Positions 1-11,885 of a stretch of DNA of 64,000 nucleotides are shown in pieces. Positions within the stretch are counted from its first letter, which is position 1. The number at the start of each line of letters is the position of its first letter. Both the position numbers and the translations under genes were made by a program. The stretch spans positions 124,001-188,000 of the forward strand of contig NIVC01002080.1 of the NCBI GenBank assembly GCA_002269645.1, read 5' to 3'. The stretch is from Macrostomum lignano (lineage: Eukaryota). The notes below the pieces were generated by a model. The model was not told where the DNA came from. It did no database searches and saw only the letters and a list, made by a program, of their open reading frames with translations.

Positions 1-1493
1 GCTATTCTCCTTTTGGCTAAGACCTAGAAAAGTTCAAGGCAAGACAAAGTGTATTTTAGCCAAAATATATAGGCCTGCCCTCTCTGCCCTCCCCTTGTAT
101 CTTCACCTCTAGAATCTGCCTTTTTTAATAAATCTTTTGCTGCAAAGCAAAAACAAATTAAGTTGCTTTCAGCTGTCATGATGAGCTACTCAGATATATG
201 GGCTTATGGTATCAGTTTGATCAATAGTTCCCTAGTCTCAGCTCCTTGGACTGGCTAGCCATGGTTAACAGGTTAAAAAGAATCCAAAAGTTAATATTCA
301 AGACTTTTCCTGCTTTGTGGAACTTGGAAGAATAACAGTGAACAAAATTTCAAATAAGGAATTGCACTTTTGAAGTGTTTCTGCTGCTTGGCTTCCCTAT
401 GCGCCCTTTCTAAAGAAAACAAGCTTATAGGCTTTTTAACAAGGGCATAGAAAGCTTTTGCTACAAGTATAAGATGAAAGATAAGACATGGGTATACCTA
501 AACAGCTTTGGTATAAACAAGGGCATAGCTAGGAATTTTTTAGGGTGTTGATTTTTACTCCTAGGTTCTGAACTTTTGCTTAGAAAGTTAAATACACTAT
601 CAATTTTCACTTTTGCATAAATATTCTATGCCAAACTGCACCAGCATGGTAGACTGTGCCTGTATTGCTAGGGGCCAATCTATGCTAGATACTATCTACA
701 ATAATGGCCATTTGCTGCAATAGGGTCATCAACCATATTTAGCAACTGCAATAAAATTTGAGAAGCTACTTTGTAGTATGTAAGAAGTCTTGATAAAGAT
801 AGCTTAAAAATAATTGTTTAACAACTTATTGACCAATACTAAGCTAGAATCAGCTATCCTATAGAATGTTTGTTAAATTAATTTTTGCTTGATTCAACCC
901 CAACAAGTGAACAAACTAACAATTAATATATGCTAGCAACTAAATTGTTTGTTATATCTCTGTAGGTGGCACAATCCAACTTAAAACTACTAGTTGACTA
1001 GCCATCTAGAGAAAAATATTCTAAAATAAAAAAAGTAAACGATAGCTTGAGTTGAATACCAGTATTAGCAGCTTAGTAGCTAATTTTTCAATTTCAAATA
1101 CATCTCTTTTTAAAGGTCCCCTTTTATTATCACAGCCTTTTGACCATAGACATGTTTTCATGCTTTATACATGCAAAACTGATATTATTTCAAGAATTCC
1201 TAATATATCAATGCAAAAATTCTAATTGAATAGAGATATATTGTAGATAAAATTACCTAGTCATATTATTACTTTATGGTAAAGTAGTAGGAGCCTAACC
1301 TTATATTTAATTATGGCAATTGACTATAACAAATAATTTATTTATTAGTACATGATAAACTGTTACTTTGTTTACTTTTTTATATTTTTAGACTTTAAAA
1401 AGGAAAAGAATCAAATTCAAGCAAAAAGTTAATGATTATTGAATGCTTCTATAAGATCTAAAAAGCCAACTGTGTAGTCTCCCTTAATACAAT

Positions 1494-2113
1494 CAGTGTT
1501 GGGCACCATTAGTAAAAATCTTAACTTCCATTAATGGCAAGAGCATTAATGTTAAAAAAATATTAACTTATCAACTTTTAACTTCATTAAGTTAACTGAA
1601 AGTTAACTGATAATTGTTAATTTTAATTTGTTAAAGTTAACACAAAAATATAGAAACCTTGCACATTTTTATAATACACTGTCTTTGCTTTCCCCTTTTT
1701 AGCAAAACATAGAGGTCATCTAAGGGATTTACAAGCTAAAAAGTAATAAATAATAATTTAAAAAAACTTGTTTATATAATACTACTAAATTAAGCATATA
1801 TGATATAATTAAAGTAGTAACTTTTTTATTTGAAACTCATTTGAAAACTCATCTATAATGTTGCAACTTTTTTAAACTTATATTTTTGTTTTTTCTTTGC
1901 ATCTTTGGTCATTGACATTTCCATTAGGCCTAACATTAATGATGAATTTGTTATTAACTCACAGAGTTATTAATGCAAATTTGTTAGTAAATTTGTTTAA
2001 AAATCTTAATGGTAGTCCATTAACATTAGGCCCTAATGAAAAATCTTAACACTTATTAATGCTTATTAATGGATTAATGTTTATTAACACTAATAGACTA
2101 GTGCCTAACATTG
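1494..2113. mobile_element. Non-autonomous hAT-like TIR element (about 620 bp), heavily C>T/G>A decayed
   Basis: Left end CAGTGTTGGGCACC (1494); the right end reverse-complements to CAATGTTAGGCACT (2100-2113). Flanking 8-bp near-identical TSD AATACAAT / AATATAAT. Internal TTAATG/TTAACA motif repeats. Confidence 0.7.
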
Positions 2114-4689
2114 AATATAATCATAACTCAGTTATTTAAGTCTAGCATACCATACAGTGCACCACCACCACATTTTTATTGGAGCTGCAGTATGTGAATG
2201 ATACACAAATAGGGCCTATATAATCTTAAAAATATGCAAAGACAAATATATATGCAACCCCATTGCATTTGGCATATAGCCACAAGTATGCAACCCCCAA
2301 CCCTATTTTAGATACATATAAAAGCCAGCGGCATAAAATAAAACTTTTACTAGGCCTACATTGCATAAATTAACATCTATCTAGATAAGGCCTAATTGTT
2401 AAATTAAATCCTGAATATAGCTTGTATATACATTGAAGCATGCATTGAAGCTTGTGCCCCATGCCATGCCCATAGTATGGCTTTCTCCAAAATGACTCGC
2501 CAAACTTTCTCCAAAATGACTTTTGCCTTAATGTCTTTTTGCCTATGTGACCTACACCCCATGATCACCTACCCACCATATACTAAACTTAGAAGCCTGT
2601 AATTAATTGATACAACACTAAGCATTAAAAAATTCCAACCCCAAAGCCCACTAGGGGCCTATTGTGAAAAGGCTTTGTCTACATTTCAACTATAGCTAGT
2701 CCTACTCACTCCTAATCAATGACAATGTTATTATATGGTCAAGACTTCCCAGATAGTTAAAGCAGGATAGATAGACGTTATATACTTTTTCACTTAGGCT
2801 AAGGCACTTACCATGAATGGATTGCTATCTGATGATGGTTCAGCAAATGGGTTGTCAAAAGTAGACATGACTTGAATATACAAAAAAATTAAAGAAATAA
2901 GGGGCACAAGAGGCAAGACTTGATTTAGACTTTGAGAAGTGAACTCAAATTTGTGCTTTGCTTATCTTTTAATTGTACGTCTGTATATCTTCTTAAAGTA
3001 AGAAAATTGGAAGAACTACGCCTGGCCTGAGATCTTAAAATCGGATCAGCTGGCTGAATATCCGCAAAATTTACACTAAGTTCATAGAAAAACTGCTACT
3101 CAAGATTTATTTGAAAACCGAAGCAATGGAGCACTTTTTGAAAAAAAGCACGCTGGTATTTTTGTAATTTTGATTCTTGAGAAAAAATAAATTTCCTTAA
3201 AAAATTACAAAATTAAAAAAGAGCACAGTTTGTTATACGGGTAGGCCTAACTTTATCTCGAACCCCACTTTTTTCGTTTTTATGTCTAGGTTTTGTGTCT
3301 TACTGAAGTGTCTAGGCCCCTATTGCTGAAATTGCTCTAGGTCTGACATTGCATTTACAGTTAGGCCCTATTATTGTAAATTCAAACTATGTGGTAGGTC
3401 AACCAAAACAGAATATTTGATCTTCAAACAGATTTGGTTTTAGGAAAATTTGTCATTCTGGCTTGAGTGTATTTATTTATTTATTTGGTTCTTAAATTTG
3501 TTTTTGAAAAGAACTTCTAATTGGCCTTTTATCCATGCAGATGTAGCTTAGTTAAAGACTACAATGATGACAGTCCTGACTTGCAAATATGCATGCCATA
3601 GGCCAGATAGGTCCTATGGAATTCAAATAAAAAAAGGATTTTTACAAATTCATTATATTGGAATTATAATTCAATTTAGAAAAAAAATTGTAATTATAAA
3701 TTATATATAATAAAAAACAAATAGGCCTCTATATGATAAATAATTTTGTGAGTTAATGACAAATTCATCATTAATGCCTAACAATAATGATAATGCCTGT
3801 AAGACTAAATATGCAAAGAAGGAACAAAAACATAAATCTAATAAGAAGTTAAAACTGAAAACATTAGGCTAGGTCTAGACATACAAATAGGGCCTATATT
3901 CTATTTTACTTTATTGTCTAAACAACCTTTGTTTATGATACTGATCATACAAATATAACAATTTATAAACTTAAATAAATTATAATTATGAACTTTATTG
4001 CTTGCATTGCATAAGCCTATGCCTATAAGCATCACTTTGATTCATTAGTTTCCTAATCTTTTGTAAATTTCTACTATGCTAGTGCTTTGAAACAATCTTT
4101 CCTATTTGTATTTTATTAATTGATTTAAAAAATCTTACTAGAGTCCCTAATTTATTAGCAAATAAAGAAAGTATTGGCAAACAATAAAAACAAAAGGTTG
4201 AAAAGCTTTTAAAATAAATATTTTTAAGAGCTTAATTATTTCTAGATAGGAAAACATTGTAAAGCCTATTATACATCTTATAAAAATCTTAAGTTATTAA
4301 TATTATGCACTTCTATCTTAAAAGTGTAAGATAAAAGCTAAAATGCAAAAAGCTTTTAGTAGATTTTGAGCTTAGTTAGAGAAAGTTGTAGAAACAGATG
4401 ACATTTAGATTGAATAAATTTGTTCTTGACAGCTTATATGATCCTTTCTGCATATGGAATGGTAGGTGCTGAATTGATAGGGTTCTTTTTCCTACTCCTA
4501 TGCTAAAACCTTATCTCATGCATTTCAGCTCTGCACTTATTTGTTTGAATTTAAATCAAAATATACTTATGCATTACTTATACAAAGTGTGACATTTCAA
4601 TGGAACCCTTACAAGCATAGTATATTCTAGTATGTAGTATATTAATCATTCTAAACTTAGTACTCCTAGTCCCAACTAAGATATCTCAC

Positions 4690-6725
4690 ACTCACAAGAG
4701 ATTGCTCAGATTGTCAGGAACTTACAAGAGATTGCTCAGATTGTCAGGAACTCACAAGAGATTTCTCATATTGTCAGGAACTCACAATAGATTGCTCAGA
4801 TTGTCAGGGACTCACAATAGATTGCTCAGATTGTCGGGAACTCACAAATTCACAAGAGATTGCTCAGATTGTTGGGAACTCACAAATTCACAAGAGATTA
4901 CTCAGATTATCGGGAACTCACAATATATTGCCCAGATTGTCAGGGACTCACAAGAGATTGCTCAGATTGTCAAGAACTCACAAATTCAGAAGAGATTGCT
5001 CAGATTGTCGAGAACTCACAAAGTCACAAGAGATTGCTCAGATTGTCAGGGGCTCACAAGATATTGCTCCGATTGTCAGGGACTCACAAGAGATTGCTCA
5101 GATTGTCAGGGACTCACAATATATTGCTCCGATTGTCAGGGACTCACAATATTGCTCAGATTGTCAGGGACTCACAAGAGATTGCTCAGATTGTCAGGGA
5201 CTCACAAGATATTGCTCCGATTGTCAGGGACTCACAATATATTGCTCAGATTGTCAGGGACTCACAAGAGATTGCTCAGATTGTCAGGGACTCACAAGAT
5301 ATTGCTCCGATTGTCAGGGACTCACAAGAGATTGCTCAGATTGTCGAGAACTCACAAAGTCACAAGAGATTGCTCCGATTGTCAGGGACTCACAAGAGAT
5401 TGCTCAGATTGTCAGGGACTCACAAGGTATTGCTCAGCTTGTCAGGGACTCACAATATATTGCTCAGATTGTCAGGGACTCACAAGAGATTGCTCAGATT
5501 GTCAGGGACTCACAAGATATTGCTCCGATTGTCAGGGACTCACAAGAGATTGCTCAGATTGTCGAGAACTCACAAAGTCACAAGAGATTGCTCCGATTGT
5601 CAGGGACTCACAAGATATTGCTCCGATTGTCAGGGACTCACAAGAGATTGCTCAGATTGTCAGGGACTCACAAGAGATTGCTCAGATTGTCAGGGACTCA
5701 CAAGGTATTGCTCAGCTTGTCAGGGACTCACAATATATTGCTCAGATTGTCAGGGACACACAAGAGATTGCTCAGATTGTCAGGGACTCACAAGATATTG
5801 CTCCGATTGTCAGGGACTCACAATATATTGCTCAGATTGTCAGGGACTCACAAGATATTGCTCAGATTGTCAGGGACTCACAAGATATTGCTCCGATTGT
5901 CAGGGACTCACAATATATTGCTCAGATTGTCAGGGACTCACAAGAGATTGCTCAGATTGTCAGGGACTCACAAGGTGTTGCTCCGATTGTCAGGGACTCA
6001 CAAGAGATTGCTCAGATTGTCGAGAACTCACAAAGTCACAAGAGATTGCTCCGATTGTCAGGGACTCACAAGAGATTGCTCAGATTGTCAGGGACTCACA
6101 AGGTATTGCTCAGCTTGTCAGGGACTCACAATATATTGCTCAGATTGTCAGGGACTCACAAGAGATTGCTCAGATTGTCAGGGACTCACAAGATATTGCT
6201 CCGATTGTCAGGGACTCACAATATATTGCTCAGATTGTCAGGGACTCACAAGAGATTGCTCAGATTGTCAGGGACTCACAAGAGATTGCTCAGATTGTCA
6301 GGGACTCACAAGATATTGCTCCGATTGTCAGGGACTCACAATATATTGCTCAGATTGTCAGGGACTCACAAGAGATTGCTCAGATTGTCAGGGACTCACA
6401 AGATATTGCTCCGATTGTCAGGGACTCACAATATATTGCTCAGATTGTCAGGGACTCACAAGAGATTGCTCAGATTGTCAGGGACTCACAAGGTGTTGCT
6501 CCGATTGTCAGGGACTCACAAGAGATTGCTCAGATTGTCGAGAACTCACAAAGTCACAAGAGATTGCTCCGATTGTCAGGGACTCACAAGATATTGCTCC
6601 GATTGTCAGGGACTCACAAGAGATTGCTCAGATTGTCAGGGACTCACAAGAGATTGCTCAGATTGTCAGGGACTCACAAGGTATTGCTCAGCTTGTCAGG
6701 GATTCACAAGATATTGCTCAGCTTG
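4690..6725 (+). repeat. 30-bp minisatellite (CTCACAAGAGATTGCTCAGATTGTCAGGGA) with 38-bp variants and higher-order blocks
   Basis: About 65 tandem units read directly. No stop in any + frame, which explains ORFs 4702..6729, 4860..7190 and 4928..6850. Ends about 10 bp before the ATG at 6732. Confidence 0.97.
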
Positions 6726-6782
6726 TTAAAAATGGCATACTGTCTCTCAGATTCCAGCAGCAGTGCGCCTATACACTACGCC

Positions 6783-7580
6783 ATGGACAATGCCAACCCA
6801 GTTGTGTACGCCAGGACTACCGAGCGTCCAATAACGCCTGGCATGCTTAACGAAGACCTTGCTGATCAGTTCGATGCTCGCGAAGTATTCGACTTAATCC
6901 GGGTTATCAACGATCCGGAGCATCCGCTAACGCTAGAAGAGCTCGGCGTTGTCAGCGAGGCTGCCGTTCAGGTTGATGATCCGGCCAATCAGATTAGCAT
7001 AGAATTCACGCCGACCATCCCGCACTGCAGCCAAGCGACTCTCATCGGTCTGAGCATTCGGGTCAAGCTGATCCGGTCGCTGCCCTCGCGCTTCAAGGTT
7101 TGTAAAAAAGTGTTGGTCTATTCAATTTTTAATTCATTGTTAATGTTACTTAGTTTTGTGCGCGTATATTTCTACTGTTTCTACTGTTAGTAGACTAAAG
7201 GGAAAAAGTTTTTACTTATTATGATCTTTGTTTTATATTATAGCTATAGTAGATTTCTTAAGATTAAGAGGTCGCTTGTATAACTATTGCGAGCCGGATT
7301 CCGGATACGTTGATTTATTATATATTGCTGAGATATACGGATAGATAGTTTGGTACTTTGTTGATAGATAGATAGATAGTCCCAACTGCACTGCAAGTAA
7401 TAAATATCGAAACTCCGCCCCAACCAACAGGTAGGCGTCCGAATCGCTCCGGGCACGCACAACTCTGAGGAGGCGATTAACAAACAGCTAGCCGATAAAG
7501 AGCGCGTGGCGGCCGCTCTGGAGAATACCCACCTTCTGGCTGTTGTCAACCAGTGTCTGGGTGAAATGCGCGAGCACTGA
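6783..7580 (+). CDS. CIAO2B: Cytosolic Fe-S assembly component 2B (MIP18/FAM96B); join(6783..7097,7431..7580), 154 aa (an in-frame ATG at 6732 would add 17 aa)
   Basis: The translation MDNANPVVY...[27 protein letters not shown]...[31 protein letters not shown] | [43 protein letters not shown] matches the CIAO2B family motifs. GT at 7098, CAG acceptor at 7430, phase 0, TGA at 7578-7580. AATAAA at 7981. Confidence 0.95.
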
Positions 7581-8174
7581 GTGTTCGGTTAAGAATTATT
7601 TATTACAATTTGGGGTTAGATTTCTTTGTTGGAAATCCAACGTCCAGCAATCAATTTGGAATTTGTAATTCTTTTTGGAATCCTTGATTTGGAATTGGGA
7701 GTCGTGTTTGGAATCCCTGGGATTTCGAATCCATAGCTCGTGCTCTTTGCGAATTGTAAATTTTCTCATATTATTTTCTAACGTGACTAATTTCATATTT
7801 TCGCTTCCATATCTGGCATATTAGATTGATGTAATCTACTAATCTTATCCAATTAAATATCAACCTGTTGTTCTGCTATATTATAAACCGGCCCTACAAA
7901 TAGCAGTCAATCTTAATCATGATTCGTTCCGATCGTTCGTTAACATTTCTTTAAGCAAAGAAAGCATTTTCGCATGCTTGAATAAATTGACACAATACAC
8001 TATCCTAACATTGGTACTGATACTTTAAGAGCCTGCTTAAATTGTACAAGCTTTGTTTTTTTGTTTACATGCTCAAAAAAATTAATAGCTAAGTATAAAT
8101 TGGTTTTATAGCTGTTAGCTTAGTATTTTTTGTTTTCATATCCCTTTAACGACCATTGTACCCCAATTTCCAAT

Positions 8175-8440
8175 CGATCATACAGCATCAAATCATACAA
8201 GATCAATTCGTACGAGATCAAATCGTACTACATCAAATCATACAAGATCAAGTCGTACAATATTAAATTAAAGAAGAACAAACCGAACAAGATCAAATCA
8301 TACAAGAAAAAACCTTAGATCAATTTATGCAAGATCAAATCATACAAGATCAAGTCGTACAAGATCAAATCATACAAGAACAAACCGTACAAGATCAAAT
8401 CGTACGAGAGCAAATTATACCAGATCAAATCATTTAAAAT
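8175..8440 (+). repeat. Degenerate 15-bp repeat (AAGATCAAATCATAC)
   Basis: About 17 imperfect units between CIAO2B and the next gene. Confidence 0.85.
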
Positions 8441-8573
8441 CATCAAACTGTAAACCAAATCAATATACACACAGTACACCCGTGTGTGCACAGCCTTTAG
8501 AATCTGATTTTGAGAAAATTTTGGTTCAACTTGCAGTCAGCGCCGATACAACACCGCATCAATACTCATTAAA

Positions 8574-11525
8574 ATGTCATTTGACCGCCTGGTGAAGCTG
8601 TCCGGCCTCGACTCGCTGCTCTTGCCAGCTGGCGGCGGGTTCAGTCTAATTGACGAGCTGCGCGACTCCGCGCTCTGGCTGTCTCTGTCCGACGGCGATG
8701 CCGTCTATTGCGCCAAAATTGACCAGGCCAAGCTGGCCGAACTGCGCGTCAAATTGGGCCTGGAAGACGATTCTAGCGTATTCAGCGCTGTGAGGTGCGT
8801 GCACGTTCTCAGTAGCTTCTTGATTTTCAACGGTTTTTTAGGATATTTTGTTACTTGTAGGCTATTAGTGTATTGGATTTATAAATTACACATGCATGTA
8901 CATGTAGCTAGCAATCTGTGGGCTGCGGCAACTGTGCCAGCCTAAAGAGTTAAACTAAAGAATATTTCGATCACTATTAAGACTGACGATCATAGAATAA
9001 AGTAAAGTAGTATGACGCGCGCTACGCTCGATTTTTTAGATACAAACTGGAGCTGGCCGGTAAAAAGGTATAACGCTCTCGAGAATAAGGTTTTCGAAAG
9101 GTAGACATTTTCGGTGGAGAAAAATCTGATTTCTCTAAGGTTATTTGCATCTCACTTGCACCGGTCCTGCTACATGTAGATAGATTTTGAAACGGACGAA
9201 GATTTCTCTAACCCGAAGCCTTACCCTCGCTAGCCGATATAGCATCATTGACGCAATTGTATTGCACTCCTCAATTCCGGATCCGCCTAGATGCTCCTCG
9301 ACATCTCCAGGATGAAAAGTTTCATCAGCCGCTAGATCCAACTTGGTGAACTCGTCCATCTCTTTCAGAAACATGCATCATTGCAGGTCCGCTGCAGGAA
9401 CTCCCAAGTTTGTTTGCTTGGTAGAATTAAATGACTTTGCAGAAAATGTAGACTTAGTAGCAAATATCTCTGACTCTTCTTCATTTCTCCTCTTAACTTA
9501 CGAGCTCTATCTCTCTGAGTGTGTTCAGTACTGTTGGCTTTAAACGTTGGCGGCCATAGAAAAACGATTATTTAAACAAAATGAGTTAAATATACTAGGG
9601 TATCTGGCTTCTGATTCAATGAAGAATTAGATCATAAACAGCAAAACCAATTTTGGTATCCAAGATATGTTTGCCATAGTAATGGAGCTATTTGGTCCAT
9701 ATATACCATAGATCTTATATTCTCTAGATAGGCCCCTTGGTATTGCAGCAATAGGGAAAGTCCGACCGCTGTTTTTCGTCACTTGTGCGACAAAAGCCAA
9801 CATGGGTTGCTAAAATTTTGATTTCAGTAGCTTAGGGACAGGGACATGAATAAAATAAAAAGCTACTCCATCAAACTAAGACTGATGCATGCACTGCAGA
9901 GACTACTGATTAAATTGAGTTCAGTGGCTAGTTGATTTTTGAGCTGTCACGAGTTGCAAAATTTTTAACGTTAGCTTCTATGGCCACATAAGTGGTTAAT
10001 GAGTGGCCCATCTTGTGTATATATGATCTTTGATTGAAGCTATCGGCTATTTGTTAGTCCAACAAGCATCTATTTGGTTCATAGCAGCTGAACGAGCTAC
10101 AGTTTCATCCCTAGGTTTTCATTTAGACAGACTGTCACAAGCAGTGGGGACGAAAGCAATGCTTCATTTGCAGCGGAGGAGCACGATCAGTCCCAGAATC
10201 GTGGACCATATGCTAGATTGTCAAACGAATGCCATCGGCTCGTGATCGAAGCCGAGTTTTGAGCTAGCTAAAAAACTGTGCCAAAAAGTTTAATGTTAGA
10301 ATTTTCGGTCTCAGTTTTATCAGTCGCGGACTAGCTGCTTGTATGCTTTGATTAGAAAATCTCTGTTTACACTAGAAGGATTTTGTTTTTGTCCTTTCTG
10401 GAGTAGAAATCGCTCTTTGCAAACAACACGTTTCATACACTAAAGGTGCTTGTAAAAAAATTGGTAGCTGAGAAAATCAAATGAAAGCAGCTCTTGTAAT
10501 GCTATTCTTTACAGAAGTCAAGATTTACAAACCAGTTAACTGTTTAACTAGCACAAAGCATCGCTGATACTATAGTGTTCAGGCACGATTCTCATTGCCT
10601 GTAATATTTTTGTACAATTTTAGCGCCGCAGGTGAGATTATTTCAATATAAAATGACCTTTGTGACCTTTCCTTAATGTCTCCATTATTGAGGTTAAGCA
10701 ATAATCTCTTACGTGTAAATGCCGGGGCAAATTCTGCCCATTCCGCTGATTTCTGAGCACATACAAGCGCGCGGAGGCTGTACGCAGGCGGGCACTCATA
10801 CGTCAGTCACAATCACAAAAGTTCAAAATCAAATAAAATACCTACGTCTCTACCCTACCCTAGCCTTTACACAGTTGACCCGCAGAAGTTTGCAGATTAC
10901 TCAAATTTGTCTACGACTTGAAGGTTGGTGGTTCGATTCTTGACACTCAGAACAATCTGTGTCCTTAAGCAAGACACTTGACTCTGCAATTGCTAAGTTC
11001 ACCCAGCTGTAAAATGGGTGCCAGCATTAGCTGGGGTATTTGAAAGTGTGTGGCGAACCCCCCCCCCCAGTCTATGGACCGAACAGCCGTACGCAGCCTT
11101 CAGAGGCGCTGCGCAATAGCTGCGGCTGAGCTGTCGGTTGCACATCTGCCTATTAGGGCAGGTGTAATCAATTATTAATTTTATTATTACCAGTGGTAAA
11201 TTTTCATATCCCCTTCAATACACTCCCACTACACAGGGCAGCACTTCTTTGCCAGAAACTGCCGCAGCCGCCGCCGTTGCGACCGTCTGAGTCGCCGCCG
11301 GCTTTGATCTTGCCGGTTCGTGGCTGCTCCATTCGGCTGCTGCCCGCTGACGATCCGGCGCCAATTAGGCGCCATCTGCTCACCCTGTTAGCCAGACGCG
11401 CCGTGGCCGCAGCTGCTGAGCTGTCAGAGCTTCAGGATCAGCAGCCGGTGGCTGACATGGCCGAGCAGGAGGAGCAGGTCGGAGAGGATGTGAGTCAGTT
11501 CAGTCGAGAATCGTCTTCTGGCTGA
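8574..11525 (+). CDS. PAXX-like (XRCC4/XLF superfamily) protein; join(8574..8794,11237..11525), 169 aa, possibly continuing via a donor at 11490
   Basis: The phase-2 donor AG|GTGCGT (8795) joins in frame to the acceptor ACACAG|G (11236). The product LWLSLSDGDAVYCAKIDQAKLAELRVKLGL...VRAALL...IRLLPADDPAPIRRHLLTLLARRAVAAAAELSELQ parallels human PAXX as I recall it (FNLYVTDAAELWSTCFTPDSLAALKARFGL...FRAACEQ...EAAPRLRALTLGLAKRV). Both exons are GC/CpG-rich islands. Confidence 0.55.
10915..11190 (+). mobile_element. tRNA-derived CORE-type SINE, family 1 copy A
   Basis: B-box GGTTCGATTC, MIR/CORE-like TGTGTCCTTAAGCAAGACACTTGACTC...CACCCAGCTGTAAAATGGG, and an (ATT)n-like tail. Alignable to copies at 13.3, 25.8 and 55.6 kb. 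Confidence 0.8.
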
Positions 11526-11744
11526 TTTATGACAATGAGTCGAAGATCAAGGACCACTGATAGTAAGAGGCGGTCGCACTGCAAAATTGAGTGAGCCTGA
11601 TTTCGCTTGAAAATGCATTTGCAGGATGGGAACTTTTCAGCCATTTATACTGCAATATACACATGGAAGTTGGCATTACGTTGGAAGCAAGGGCCATTAA
11701 GGAACACTTCGTTATATATATAAAAGGAAGTTATAGTGTGGAAA

Positions 11745-11885
11745 GGCACGGTTGGAAAGGGTTTATGCTGAGGGGGGAGGGGTAAGAGCCAATAAATGAG
11801 CCTTGGCTTTAAAATACACCAAAATGCTTCTGTTTAACTTGCTACTGAACTGAAAGTAGCCCAAATGTGCTGAGATGGCCCATCT
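11745..11885. mobile_element. Partial copy of the MITE family at 38.1 and 39.2 kb
   Basis: Shares GGGGTAAGAGCCAATAAA...CTACTGAACTGAAAGTAG...AAATGTGCTGAG(A)TGGCC with the other copies. Confidence 0.65.

Noticed and set aside
4702-7190. 640-776 aa ORFs, including an apparent repeat-CIAO2B fusion
   Set aside because: All three + frames are open only because the 30-bp unit has no stop. The frames interconvert at the 8-bp insertions, and homology starts at MDNANP.
10624-10631. Possible 8-nt microexon (TTTAG|CGCCGCAG|GTGAGA) in the PAXX-like intron
   Set aside because: Inclusion would break the frame that otherwise joins 8794 to 11237.
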